The notes: generated from the letters alone by a model not told the origin. Numbered from the stretch's first letter, positions 41,583 to 50,832 are shown. The stretch is DNA of 64,000 bases from Sandaracinaceae bacterium (GCA_020633075.1 JACKEI010000004.1:97092-161091); one strand, 5' to 3'. Program-made: numbers and translations.

Positions 41583-42517
41583 GGGGCGCTCTCCGTCGGG
41601 GCCGGCGGCGGGCTCCCGCTGCCACCGACGGCGGCGTTCACGGCGCGCAGCAGCATGGAGCGTGGATAGCGCGCGCGGAAGCGCTCGGCGCGAGCGGCTG
41701 CTGCGGCGGTGTTGCCGGAGCGCGCCAGCGCTTGAATCGCGAGCGCCTCACGCTCCTCCACGAACTCGCCGCGCGGGAAGCGCCGCTGATGCTCTGCGGC
41801 GGCCGCCAAGGCCTCCGAGGTGCGACCGCGAGCGAGCGCGGCCTGCGCGCGGGAGACGAGGGCGTTCTCGTCGGCCAGGTCGCGGTCGCGCGAGCCCGCC
41901 GAGTCACCTGCCGTTCCCGCTCCCGCGTCGGCTGCGTGTGTGGTGCCGGTGCTGCGTGCCTCCACGGCTCCGCTCGCAGCGGTGGGCGCGGCGGTGCCCA
42001 GCGGTGACGTGGGCGCGCCCGTGACCCCCGCGTCGTCGTGCACGTAGACCGTCTCCACCACGCGCACGGGCACCTCCACCACCCGCTCCACGATGCGCTC
42101 TTCCACGCGCACGGTGGGTTCGGGCTCGGGCCCGAGCGCGCGCATGCCCACTGCGCCCGCGCCCAACCCCAACGCGAACGCCAGCGCCGCGACCGTCGGG
42201 AGGGACAGGGTCGCGGTGCTGGTCGCGAGGGTGGTGGCGCCCTGCGTGGCCGGCGTCGCAGCGCTCCCGCTGCCCGTCTGCGCGGCGGCGCTCGGGGTGG
42301 GGTCGCTGCCGCTCGGCGTGTCGTGGCTCGGCGGGCCGCCGCTCCCGTCGCCGCCATCGCCGTCGCCACCCCCGTCCGGCGGCGGCTCCAGCAGGGTGTG
42401 GCTCATGCGCTCGAACACGCGCTCGAACGCGCCCTCGGGCGGCTCGAGCAGCTCGCTCTCCGCGTCCAGCAGCGCGCGCAGGTCCGCGTCGAGCTCGGGG
42501 AGGTCGTGCTCGCTCAT
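41579..42517 (-). CDS. single-pass membrane protein with C-terminal TPR-like helical domain (anti-sigma-like by position), cassette 1
   Basis: ATG 13 nt after the sigma stop. Acidic N-terminus, G/D/P-rich linker, TM LPTVAALAFALGLGAGAVGM, and C-terminal ..AQAALARGRTSEALAAAAEHQRRFPRGEFVEEREALAIQALARSG.. No canonical zf-HC2/RskA motif. Confidence 0.6.
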   Translation of the reverse strand: MSEHDLPELDADLRALLDAESELLEPPEGAFERVFERMSHTLLEPPPDGGGDGDGGDGSGGPPSHDTPSGSDPTPSAAAQTGSGSAATPATQGATTLATSTATLSLPTVAALAFALGLGAGAVGMRALGPEPEPTVRVEERIVERVVEVPVRVVETVYVHDDAGVTGAPTSPLGTAAPTAASGAVEARSTGTTHAADAGAGTAGDSAGSRDRDLADENALVSRAQAALARGRTSEALAAAAEHQRRFPRGEFVEEREALAIQALARSGNTAAAAARAERFRARYPRSMLLRAVNAAVGGSGSPPPAPTESAP

Positions 42518-42530
42518 GGTGCCCTCCGCG

Positions 42531-43079
42531 TCATGGGGTGCCTCGCTTCGGGCGCAGCCGCTGTACGGCGGCCGTGAACTCCCCGCGCGCCAGGCGCAGG
42601 CGGGAGTAGCCGGTGTTGAGTGGGATCTCGAGGGCTTGCGCGATGTCCGGCATCGAGATGCCGTCCAGCTCGTGCATCACGAAGACCGCCCGGCGAGACT
42701 CGTCGACGGCAGCCAGCGCGCGCAGGACCAGGTCGCGGTCTTGCTGGGCCTCCAGCCGGTCATGCGCGTTGGCGCTCTCGTCCGTGCCCTCGGTGTCGTC
42801 CCGCAGCTGCTCACGCCGATTGCTCGCCTTGCGGCGGTAGTCGGACGCGCAGTTCGCGGCGATGCCGAAGAGCCAGGGCTTCAGGGGCCGCGCGGGGTCG
42901 TAGTGATGGGCTTTGCGATGCACGATGATGAAGACGTCGTGGGTGAGATCCTCGAGGTCGGCTGTGCGCACGTCCAGACGCCGGAGGGTGTTCCAGACGT
43001 ACTTGAAGTGCGTACGGAAGACCTCGTCGACGACGAGGCCGTTCTCAGGAGGTCGGGGCGGCGGTGACGAATCCGTCAT
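42531..43079 (-). CDS. ECF-type RNA polymerase sigma factor, cassette 1
   Basis: ORF 42531..43136 trimmed to MTDSSPPP.. (ATG overlapping the upstream stop as ATGA). Region 2 DLEDLTHDVFIIVHRK..PWLFGIAAN and region 4 AVFVMHELDGISMPDIAQALEIPLNTGYSRLRLAR. Confidence 0.9.
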   Translation of the reverse strand: MTDSSPPPRPPENGLVVDEVFRTHFKYVWNTLRRLDVRTADLEDLTHDVFIIVHRKAHHYDPARPLKPWLFGIAANCASDYRRKASNRREQLRDDTEGTDESANAHDRLEAQQDRDLVLRALAAVDESRRAVFVMHELDGISMPDIAQALEIPLNTGYSRLRLARGEFTAAVQRLRPKRGTP

Positions 43080-44311
43080 CGAAGTCTCACACCCACGCCG
43101 ATCGAGGCCAAGACCGACACCGGCGCACCCTGCCATACCTCGGCGCCATTCAGCTGCAGGCTCGGGCGCAGGAGGGGCACATCGGCCGCCACGCGCAGCC
43201 CCAGCGAGACCCGCTCGCCCAGCGCGCGATCGTAGCCGAGCGCGAGCGCCAAGCCCGCTGCGACACCCACGCCACGCTTGGCGTTGGTGACCCCTTCACC
43301 CCGCGCCGGCATCACCCCGGCGAACGCACCCAGGCACCCACGCAGCCCAGCCCCCACGGCGCAGCCCAGCGCGCGCACATCTAGCTGGTAGCCACGCACC
43401 CGTCCGCCACCCGCCGCCGCCGCCTCTGCAGGCAGCCACGCACGCACCCCAAGCTCCGACCCCAGCCAGCCCCGGTCCACGTTCAGCCGCAGCCCAGCCC
43501 CGGGCCGCACCCGAGGCACCACTTCCCACCCCACCAGCAGGTCGAGCCCAACCACCACGACCCGCCCCCGCCCCCCCAATTCCGCCCCGGCCCCCAACTC
43601 CGCCCCCGACTCCGCCCCCGACTCCGACTCCGCCCCCGACTCCGCCCCCGACTCCGCCCCCGCCCCCGACTCCGACCTCCGACCCCGACTCCGACTCCGA
43701 CTCCGACCCCGACTCCGACTCCGACTCCGCCCCGACTCCGACTCCGACCTCCGACTCCGACTCCGACTCCGACTCCGCTCCCCCCCCCGCCCCCGCCCCC
43801 GCCCCCCCCCCCGCCCCGCCCCGCCCCCCCCCCCCGCCCCCGCCCCCGGCGGCCCCAACAGGCTCACCGGGTCAATCGCGACGCTGATCGCCAGCGCAAC
43901 ACCGCGCGCCAGCTCCTCGCAGTCGCGTGTCCGCGACCGGATCTCACGCTGCCCCACCTGTTCCCCGGCGGCGTCGAACACGTCCACGGTCGCCATCAGC
44001 CCGCCGCGCTCGCCTCGAATGACGGTTCGCACGTGCTGTGGGGCGGCATCCCGAAAGGGCACGTAGCCCAGCCGCGCGGACACGGCGTCCCGCAGCTCGG
44101 CCTCGTCGGGGCACTGCTCGGCGCCGCGCTGGCGCTCGTAGGTCAGGCTCGAGGTGGGGTGCTCATCCTGGTCGGCCCCGGTGGTCGCAGCTTCCTCGCG
44201 GCCTTGCGCGTGCACCGCGTCGGCTACCCCCGCCTGCCCCAGCGCGAGCGCCAGCACGAACAGCGGAGCTGCGGCGGAGCGGGTGACGCGGTGGCTCATG
44301 GGCGCTCGCAT
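43076..44311 (-). CDS. secreted protein with an N-terminal two-Cys domain, a G/R/S/E low-complexity insert and a C-terminal beta-rich (barrel-like) half, cassette 1
   Basis: ORF 43076..44533 trimmed to MRAPMSHRVTRSAAAPLFVLALALGQAGVADAVHA (signal). The flanking domains align by eye with the 54350-55435 product. Alternative ATG at 44299. Confidence 0.62.
   Translation of the reverse strand: MRAPMSHRVTRSAAAPLFVLALALGQAGVADAVHAQGREEAATTGADQDEHPTSSLTYERQRGAEQCPDEAELRDAVSARLGYVPFRDAAPQHVRTVIRGERGGLMATVDVFDAAGEQVGQREIRSRTRDCEELARGVALAISVAIDPVSLLGPPGAGAGGGGGAGRGGGRGRGRGGERSRSRSRSRRSESESGRSRSRSRGRSRSRSRGRRSESGAGAESGAESGAESESGAESGAELGAGAELGGRGRVVVVGLDLLVGWEVVPRVRPGAGLRLNVDRGWLGSELGVRAWLPAEAAAAGGGRVRGYQLDVRALGCAVGAGLRGCLGAFAGVMPARGEGVTNAKRGVGVAAGLALALGYDRALGERVSLGLRVAADVPLLRPSLQLNGAEVWQGAPVSVLASIGVGVRLR
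43561..43860 (-). repeat. ~300-bp hexanucleotide microsatellite (CCGACT and CCCCCG units on the + strand) with poly-C runs of 9, 11 and 12 nt
   Basis: Read directly. CCGACT-type units run ~43607-43778. C-runs sit at 43780-43788, 43802-43812 and 43824-43835. This is the G-rich sense strand of gene 43076-44311 and encodes ..GGGGGAGRGGGRGRGRGGERSRSRSRSRRSESESGRSRSRSRGRSRSRSRGRRSESGAGAESGAESGAESESGAESGAELGAGAELGG.. Confidence 0.95.
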
Positions 44312-44427
44312 GATGGCGCCCTCATAGCAGATCGGCGAAGCGAATTCGTGGCGCTGGAGCGCGAGGGCACCCCAAGCATATGCGCGCGCAGCGGAGCTTC
44401 TTCCCTGCGGCGGGCGGCGGACTAGGG

Positions 44428-44453
44428 GACGCTCGCCCTCCGCACACGGTTCC
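44428..44453 (-). promoter_or_regulatory. candidate ECF-type promoter GGAAC-N17-CGTC upstream of cassette 1
   Basis: Minus-strand reading acGGAACcgtgtgcggagggcgagCGTC (GGAAC = 44453..44449, CGTC = 44431..44428), about 115 nt upstream of ATG 44311. Motif match only. Confidence 0.25.
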
Positions 44454-44477
44454 GTGGCGATTCCGGTGACGGAACCG
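44447..44477. other. 9-bp inverted repeat CGGTTCCGT-N13-ACGGAACCG overlapping the candidate -35 element
   Basis: Read directly. It could be the terminator of the upstream Cys-rich lipoprotein gene or an operator. Confidence 0.4.
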
Positions 44478-44617
44478 GGCGCGCTGCCACCCCGCGTGGT
44501 CGGGCTCGTGGGTGTGGCCGCCCCGGTGTCCAAGCCTCCCTCGCGGACGGTGGCGCGGTGTCGCTTCCGGGCGTCTGCGCGGCGACCCTTGTCGCTGCGC
44601 CCGCCGCGCGTCTCGGC

Positions 44618-45781
44618 TCAGGGACCGCCGCAGCCGCCGCAGTCCCAGATGCCGTCGCCCGCACAGTACATGCACAGCGGCTCACCGAAGTACTCGCAGG
44701 CCGGCCGGCAGCTCCCGCTCAGGCAGCGGGAGGTGCCGCAGTTGCCGCTGCCGCAGGTGTTGCCGTCGGCGGCGCGCACGCAGCTGCCCGTGCCACTGCA
44801 CACGCCCGTGTTGCAGGACGCCGCGGTGCCCGAGCAGTAGTTGTTGGGGTCCGTGTTGGCGGGCACCGCGCGGCAGCCGCCGCTGCCGTTGCACATACCG
44901 TCGTTGGAGCACGTCGCCGGAGTGCAGGCGTTGTTGGGGTCCGTGCCCGCCGCCACGGGGCGGCAGCCGCCCGCGCCGTTGCAGGTGCCGTCGTTGCTGC
45001 AGCCGCTGGGCGCGCAGGTGTTGTGCGGGTCGCTGCCGCTGCTCACAAAGGCGCAGATGCTCAAGCTGCCGGGCAGGTTGCAGGCGCTGCAGCCTCCGCA
45101 CGCGGCGGAGTTGCAGCAGTAGCCGTCCACGCAGCCGGTGTTGCCCGCGCACATGCTGTCGCGCGTGCAGGTGTTTGCCGCGCCCGCGGCCAGGTCCGTG
45201 ACGCAGTTGCCGGCCAGCGAGCAGTGCCCCGAGGCCTTGCACGCGCTCGCCTCGTTGACGGTCGTGCACGCGTCGAAGCACTTGCGCGCGCCCGTGTCGC
45301 AGCGGTACTGGCCCGCGCACTCGCTGTCCGTGTCGCAGCAGTCCTGGCCCTGCGTGCAACAGATCCCGTCGGGGTCGCAGTACCCCGACAGGCACTGGTC
45401 CGAGCCGCCGCAGTCCTGGGCGTTGGGCCGCTGGGGCTCGCAGGTGCCTGCTCCGCTGCAGTACTCGAGCGCGCCACACTGCGCGCCCGTCACGCACTCG
45501 GGGGCGCCCTGGTCGGGGCCCGCGTCGGAGGGGCCTTGGTCCGAGCCCTGGTCTGCGGCGCCCTGATCGGGGTCGTGGCCGGCGTCGTCTTGGCCGGCGT
45601 CCACCTGAGCGTCGGGGGTCTCGGCGTCGCCACCGCCATCCAGGTGGCCACCGTCGGCGTGCTGCGCGTCCACGGACTGGTCCAGAGCGACCGAGAAGCC
45701 GTCGAAGTTGGTGCAGGCGGGCGTGCCGAGGCCCAGCGCGAGGGCCAGCCAGAGCGGCAGGTGTGAGCGTGGCGTCAGCAT
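44618..45781 (-). CDS. cysteine-rich secreted lipoprotein
   Basis: MLTPRSHLPLWLALALGLGTPAC lipobox, D/G/Q-rich linker, then ~60 Cys in repeated C..G.C / TDPNN.C...C.N.G.CNG.GGC units. Confidence 0.7.
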   Translation of the reverse strand: MLTPRSHLPLWLALALGLGTPACTNFDGFSVALDQSVDAQHADGGHLDGGGDAETPDAQVDAGQDDAGHDPDQGAADQGSDQGPSDAGPDQGAPECVTGAQCGALEYCSGAGTCEPQRPNAQDCGGSDQCLSGYCDPDGICCTQGQDCCDTDSECAGQYRCDTGARKCFDACTTVNEASACKASGHCSLAGNCVTDLAAGAANTCTRDSMCAGNTGCVDGYCCNSAACGGCSACNLPGSLSICAFVSSGSDPHNTCAPSGCSNDGTCNGAGGCRPVAAGTDPNNACTPATCSNDGMCNGSGGCRAVPANTDPNNYCSGTAASCNTGVCSGTGSCVRAADGNTCGSGNCGTSRCLSGSCRPACEYFGEPLCMYCAGDGIWDCGGCGGP

Positions 45782-45784
45782 GAG

Positions 45785-46714
45785 TCAGAAGCTCCCCGTC
45801 ACGCGCAGGTAGACCCCTTGGCGCGTGACATCCAGCGTGGCGGTCGTGTCGGGCTCGCTCTCTTGGGGGTCGGCGTTCGGGTCGTCGGCGTGACGGCCCC
45901 GGCCCAGCAGCGCCAGGGTCACGCCCAGGGCGGCGCTCACGCCGGCCCCTGCCACCATGGCTCCGGCGGCGCGTGAGAGGCGCGGGCCACGAGCGATGTC
46001 GTCGGCCCGGTCGGGTGGGCACTGGTCGCCGCTGGGCCCGCACACGGCCCGGAGGTCACGGTGAACGGCGCGCGCGCGCAGGTGCAACACCAGGGACGTG
46101 ATGCCCGTGGCCACGCCCGCCCCCGCCACGCCCACGCCCGCGTAGAGGAGGCCGCGCGAGGCGCCTCCGGATGTGTCTCCTGCCGTGTCTTCTTCCGCGC
46201 CTTCCTGCGCAGCGCGCTCGGCCGCGTCTACCGTCGGGTCCGCGCCTTCCTCGCGCTGGCCAGCCGTGGCGGGCTCCGTGCTGGTGCGCTGCTGCTCCAC
46301 CGCCAGTCGCGCGCGCAGCCCCGCCAGCCGGTCCTGGGACGTCATGTAGCCGCCCGCGGGCGGCCCGCTGTGCGCGGCGAAGTAAGCCTCCAGGCGCTCG
46401 ATGGCCAGGGCCAGGTTGCCGGCCCGCTCGTAGGCGAGCGACGCGTTCGCCAGCAGGGTGGCGCGCTGCGAGAGGCGGTAGGCCTCGTCGAACTCCGCGG
46501 CCGACTCGGCGAAGCGTCCGTCGTCGAAGTACGAGGTCCCCGCGTGGAAGTGCGCCTGTGCGCGCTCGTCGTCACTCGGCTGCGCGGCTGCGCGCAGAGG
46601 TGCGGTTGCCGTGATGGTGAGCGAGCCCAGCGTGGCCAGCGCACAGACGAGCGCGGCGCGCGCCGTAGCGGCGGCCACCGGGGCCGAGGGACTGAGAGGT
46701 GGGCGGGTGCGCAT
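45785..46714 (-). CDS. secreted/membrane protein with N-terminal TPR-like region and C-terminal hydrophobic segments
   Basis: ORF 45785..47545 trimmed to MRTRPPLSPSAPVAAATARAALVCALATLG.. It has AQAHFHAGTSYFDDGRFAESAAEFDEAYRLS..LLANASLAYERAGNLALAIERLEAYF (TPR-like) and two Gly/Ala-rich hydrophobic helices. The upstream part of the track ORF overlaps the next gene. Confidence 0.6.
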   Translation of the reverse strand: MRTRPPLSPSAPVAAATARAALVCALATLGSLTITATAPLRAAAQPSDDERAQAHFHAGTSYFDDGRFAESAAEFDEAYRLSQRATLLANASLAYERAGNLALAIERLEAYFAAHSGPPAGGYMTSQDRLAGLRARLAVEQQRTSTEPATAGQREEGADPTVDAAERAAQEGAEEDTAGDTSGGASRGLLYAGVGVAGAGVATGITSLVLHLRARAVHRDLRAVCGPSGDQCPPDRADDIARGPRLSRAAGAMVAGAGVSAALGVTLALLGRGRHADDPNADPQESEPDTTATLDVTRQGVYLRVTGSF

Positions 46715-46806
46715 GGGGGGGCTCCGGTTCGAGACGGACGAGACGTGCGGGACGCGGACGAAGGCGCCGTGCGGGGCCGGGCGTGGGCTCCGGCCCCGGA
46801 GGCGCA

Positions 46807-48093
46807 CTAGCGGCCTCGACCGCGACCGCGGGGGGCCGGTGTGGCGCGCCCGGCAGGTGCGCCGCGCGGCATGGTGAAGGCGGGGTTGGCGGCGCGCGCG
46901 GGCAGCGCGCTCAGCACGGGCGCCGTGACCGAGCCGGTGAGGGCGCGGCCCGCGATGGTGGCGCGCACGAGCGCGGGGTCGAAGACCGCGGGCATCGCGG
47001 CGGGGTTGAAGCCGATGGACGCCATCACGCTGGCGCGGCCCGCGGGCAGCTGGGCCTCGACGGCGTGGCGCCCCACGTAGCCGTTCTGCACGGTGAAGCG
47101 GAACTCGCGCGTCACGACGCGTGTGCCGGCCGAGCCGACGCGCATCTCGCAGGTCCAGTTGCCGTCCATGGAGCTGCCCGCAGACGGCGGCGAGCTCGAG
47201 CCCTGCACGGCGATGGGCATGCGCGCCGAGAAGCGGTAGAGGCGCGTGGTCAGGGTCTCGACGCCGTCCTCGTGGACGTTTCCGTCCAACCACACGCGGT
47301 TGCGGGAGTTCTGCTCGAAGGGCGAGTAGAGCGTGCCGTTGTAGAGGGCCCACTCCCCTTCGCCGACCTTGCAGCGGAAGGACGTGTCGCTCGGCACGCT
47401 GCCGCCGTTGGACGAGTCCACGTACGTGAACATGATCTCGGTCGCGATGTACTGGTGCAGGAAGGCGGCGCCGTAGAACGAGTCCAGGCGCAGGCCGCGG
47501 TGCTCGATGTGGATGGCGCGGTCGCCGTCGTTGCGGTCCCACCACGAGTACGCGTAGACGGGGAACTCACCGCGGTACACCTCCGTGCGCGCGTCGGTGG
47601 CGTCGTTCACCAGGGCCAGCACCACGTTGACGGGGGCGTTGGTGCGGATGGACGCGTTCAAGACGTTGCTGGTCTCGCACTCGCGCAGCGTGCGCAGGCG
47701 GTCCTGCTCCTCACCGGAGTAGATCACGGCGTTGGTCTCGCAGCTGCCAGACGCGAGCACCGCGCCGCCCTGCTCCAGGCTCAGCAGGTAGGGGCCCGGC
47801 TGGTCCGTGTCGAGGGTGGCGTTGAGGATCAGGCGGGACTGCCCTGCCCCCGCTCCGCCGTCGTAGTTGGTGGAGTTCTCGAGGCGCATGCCCACGCCGA
47901 AGCCGAAGTTGACGGCCGGCGCCTGAGCGCTCGCGGAGGCGGCGGAGGCGGCCACCAGGCTCACGAGCGCGAGGGCGCGCAGCCGGCGCGAGCGGCGCGC
48001 GAGGGGGAGGGACGAGGTGCGGGGTTGGGTCACGGTGGTGTTCCTTCGTTGTCGACGTGGCGTCGAAGCGAGAGGTAGGTGGCCGCCCGACAC
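46807..48093 (-). CDS. hypothetical secreted protein (paralog of 17793-19130)
   Basis: GTG start (alternative GTG 48033). ..RRSRRLRALALVSLVAASAASASAQA signal (possibly Tat-like RR). Shares GN[YW].C[QE][VM]RV..T..REF.FTV.. and FDPA..RA.. strings with the 17793-19130 product. Confidence 0.65.
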   Translation of the reverse strand: MSGGHLPLASTPRRQRRNTTVTQPRTSSLPLARRSRRLRALALVSLVAASAASASAQAPAVNFGFGVGMRLENSTNYDGGAGAGQSRLILNATLDTDQPGPYLLSLEQGGAVLASGSCETNAVIYSGEEQDRLRTLRECETSNVLNASIRTNAPVNVVLALVNDATDARTEVYRGEFPVYAYSWWDRNDGDRAIHIEHRGLRLDSFYGAAFLHQYIATEIMFTYVDSSNGGSVPSDTSFRCKVGEGEWALYNGTLYSPFEQNSRNRVWLDGNVHEDGVETLTTRLYRFSARMPIAVQGSSSPPSAGSSMDGNWTCEMRVGSAGTRVVTREFRFTVQNGYVGRHAVEAQLPAGRASVMASIGFNPAAMPAVFDPALVRATIAGRALTGSVTAPVLSALPARAANPAFTMPRGAPAGRATPAPRGRGRGR

Positions 48094-48236
48094 GCGGCTC
48101 GTGTCGGCTCGCCGAACTTTCTGCTCGGCGTGTGTCCCGGCGTGCTCGGACCCGGCCCGGCTCTGGGCCCGGTCGCGCTCCCACGCGCCGCGCCACGCAG
48201 CGGGGCCGAGGCAGCCGCTAGCGCTCGGGGCGGCCG

Positions 48237-50720
48237 CTAGCGCTCAGGGCGGCCGCTCCCGACCCTGCGCGCGCGCCGGCGACGCTGACGCCAAGCGAGC
48301 CCCACGAGCCCCGCGACCACCGCCAAGGCGTTGGGACCTTCCCTTCCGTCCCCGTGCCCGCGCCCCTGCGCGCTGACGAGCGAGCAGCCGCCCCCGCCGC
48401 CGCCGCCACCCATGCCGCCGTCCCTGCCTCCGCCCACGCCGCCGTCTCCCGGTGGGGGCGGCGGCGGGGGCGTGCCCCGCGGCGGCTGCGTCGAGTCCTC
48501 CGTCGCGCCGCAGTCGTCACCGAGCGCGAACACCAGCGGCGGGGAGGCAAAGCCGTCGCCGGCCGCAACCAGGGTGAGGTCGCAGCGGTCCCCGTTGGCA
48601 GTGCCCACCACGCGCACGTTCGGGCCCGCCGGGGGGTTCAGGACCACGTGCGTGCTGGGCGTCGCGGGCGCGCTGTACGCGCTCACCGCGCTCCCGTCCA
48701 CGCTGAGGGTCACCAGGTAGGGCCGCGTCTCGCGCGCGATGCGCAGGGTGCGGCGCGCGCCCTCGCTGTCGACGTCGATGGACGCGGGTGTGCCGCCCGT
48801 GGCGTCGGCGTCGAGCGCGTGCACCGCAAAGGGGTTGGGGCCGGCCACCTCGGCCACCAGCTCCGACGCCGGGAAGCGGCCCGCGCGGCACGACCCCCGT
48901 GGTCCGTCGCAGTCACCCACGGGCACGCTGGCCACGCTCGTGCTGGCGTCCCCCACCACGCGCCGCAGCAGCAGCGTGGACCCGCCCGCCGCCGTGCTCG
49001 CGCTCGCGCCGCTCTCGCTCCAGCTGTCGAGCGCCCGGAAGCGCAGCAGCAGCGGGCTGGGCGTGCTCGCGTACGCGCCCGTGGTGGCCACGCGATCCAC
49101 CACGAGCGTCGTCGCGCCCGTGTCGCCGGGGAGCAGCAGCACGTCGCGCACGCTGGCGCTCAGGATGGGCGAGGGCACGTCGCGGAAGCGGAACTGCCCG
49201 GTGTAGTCACAGCGCGTGGCGTGCACGCCGGACGCGGTGGAGCGCGCGAAGAGGAAGCGTGTCGCTTGGTTGGCGGGGACCTGCTCGCCGCCCCACCACT
49301 CGCCGAACGCTCCCTGGCTGGGCTGGTAGTTGTCGTTGAAGTGGGGCTGCAGCATGGTCGGCGCGTTGCCCGTCAGCGTGGAGAGCGAGCCATAGGGACC
49401 GGGGTCGACCAGCAAGTCGTCGGCGCCGCGCGAGACCACCAGGTTGCCCGCGTTCTGGTGCTGGTGGTCCACGATGCTGCCGCGACACTGGCTCACCGCC
49501 CAGGTCGCGCCGGGGTCGTGGGCCGTCCGTGCGTAGTAGTTGCCCGCGCCCGCCGCCAGGTAGCCCGTGGGCAAGGTCGCGCGTTCCACCGGACTCGCGC
49601 TACCCGGCTGGGCTGCCGCGAGCGCCTCGTAGAAGAGCATGAAGTCGCGCGCCGCCGGCAAGTCCAAGCGCGCCAGCTCCCCGCGTGCCTCCGCGCGCAC
49701 CGCGTCCGCCACGTGACCCGCGATGACGCCGTTCAGCACCAGCGCGCTCGCCGCCAGGTAGGGCGCGTCGTCCCCGGTGTCCCCACCGACGAACATGCGA
49801 TCGTCGGGCGTCAGGCCGTGCACGTAGCGCTCCAGCACCTGCGCCAGGTAGTCCGCCATGAAGGGCACGGCCTCGCCCTGCTCCACCATCGCGCGACCAG
49901 CCAGCGCGTAGGACGCCACGCTCAGGGGGCCGTACTGCCAGCCCTCGAGCCAGTCGCCGCCACCGAGCGGGCCCCGCGGCGCGACGCCGCCCGCCATGAC
50001 CTCGCCCCACATCTCGTCGCGGACATAGGCGTAGAGGGCGCTGCCCGTGCCCGCGCTGGCTGCGTTCATCTCGTCCGCGTGTCCGATGGCGATCAGCGTC
50101 AGCGCCAGCAGGTGACCGGCGTGGTAGTTCGCGCCCGGCTGCGCGCGCTGGTAGGTGTCGGGCTGCTGGTGAAACGCCACCCACTGCGCGAAGCGCGTGC
50201 GTGCCTTCTGACGCTCGGCGGCGGAGAGGGCGTCGTGCAACCAGTCGTAGCCCAGCGCCGCGAACACGCCGTGCGTGCGCATGGAGTAGCCCGTGTCCTG
50301 CGACACGATGCCCACGCCGCCGTTGTAGGCGGGGCCGAGTCCGTCGCCCACCGTGCTCCGGTCGTCGAAGAGCGCGTTCAAGTACACCTTGGCGGCGTCC
50401 GTGTGTGCCGCCGACTCCGTGATGGCGCGCGCGACCAGGCACGCGCTGAGCGCTTCCACCCAGCGAAAGCCCTGGTACTGCCCGTCGGCGTAGTCCTCGG
50501 GGTTCGCGATGGCGTCGTCACAGCGCGCGATGGAGCGCGCGGCGGGCGACGCCGGGTCGCTGCGCTGGGCGCGCCAGGCGGTCACCATGTCCGCGTTCAA
50601 GAGCGCGCGCGGGTGCGGGCCCGTGGGCTGCGCGAGGGCGGGCTGCGCGCTCAGCAGGCTCGTGAGCGCAAGACAGGAGAGAGAGACGATCGAGACGGCG
50701 GTCCCGCGCTTGGAGGTCAT
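48237..50720 (-). CDS. alginate-lyase/heparinase II/III-like polysaccharide lyase family protein with MYXO-CTERM-type tail
   Basis: ORF 48237..50726 trimmed to ATG MTSKRGTAVSIVSLSCLALTSLLSAQPALA. The alpha/alpha-toroid-like N-half and IVDHQHQNAGNLVVSRGADDLLVDPG resemble Hepar_II_III. C-terminus ..GGGGGGGCSLVS...ALAVVAGLVGLAWRQRRRRARR. Confidence 0.7.
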   Translation of the reverse strand: MTSKRGTAVSIVSLSCLALTSLLSAQPALAQPTGPHPRALLNADMVTAWRAQRSDPASPAARSIARCDDAIANPEDYADGQYQGFRWVEALSACLVARAITESAAHTDAAKVYLNALFDDRSTVGDGLGPAYNGGVGIVSQDTGYSMRTHGVFAALGYDWLHDALSAAERQKARTRFAQWVAFHQQPDTYQRAQPGANYHAGHLLALTLIAIGHADEMNAASAGTGSALYAYVRDEMWGEVMAGGVAPRGPLGGGDWLEGWQYGPLSVASYALAGRAMVEQGEAVPFMADYLAQVLERYVHGLTPDDRMFVGGDTGDDAPYLAASALVLNGVIAGHVADAVRAEARGELARLDLPAARDFMLFYEALAAAQPGSASPVERATLPTGYLAAGAGNYYARTAHDPGATWAVSQCRGSIVDHQHQNAGNLVVSRGADDLLVDPGPYGSLSTLTGNAPTMLQPHFNDNYQPSQGAFGEWWGGEQVPANQATRFLFARSTASGVHATRCDYTGQFRFRDVPSPILSASVRDVLLLPGDTGATTLVVDRVATTGAYASTPSPLLLRFRALDSWSESGASASTAAGGSTLLLRRVVGDASTSVASVPVGDCDGPRGSCRAGRFPASELVAEVAGPNPFAVHALDADATGGTPASIDVDSEGARRTLRIARETRPYLVTLSVDGSAVSAYSAPATPSTHVVLNPPAGPNVRVVGTANGDRCDLTLVAAGDGFASPPLVFALGDDCGATEDSTQPPRGTPPPPPPPGDGGVGGGRDGGMGGGGGGGGCSLVSAQGRGHGDGREGPNALAVVAGLVGLAWRQRRRRARRVGSGRPER

Positions 50721-50832
50721 GAACACCCGCTTTGTGAGAGTCAGCTACGGGTGAGTGGCCAGCTCGGGGGTGGTTCGTGATCGGGTGAATGGGAGTGGTC
50801 GCGGGTCCGGCGGGTGCGCTATGACGTGAGTC

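Noticed and set aside
43561-43860. Possible CRISPR array or other spacer-repeat structure in the repetitive tract.
   Set aside because: The period is only 6 nt with no unique spacers, and the tract lies inside an intact ORF. It is a microsatellite/low-complexity coding insert, not CRISPR.
45785-47545. 586-aa ORF extending the TPR-like gene upstream.
   Set aside because: The upstream part overlaps the 46807-48093 gene out of frame and is R/P/G-rich. The signal-peptide-bearing ATG at 46714 gives a coherent protein.
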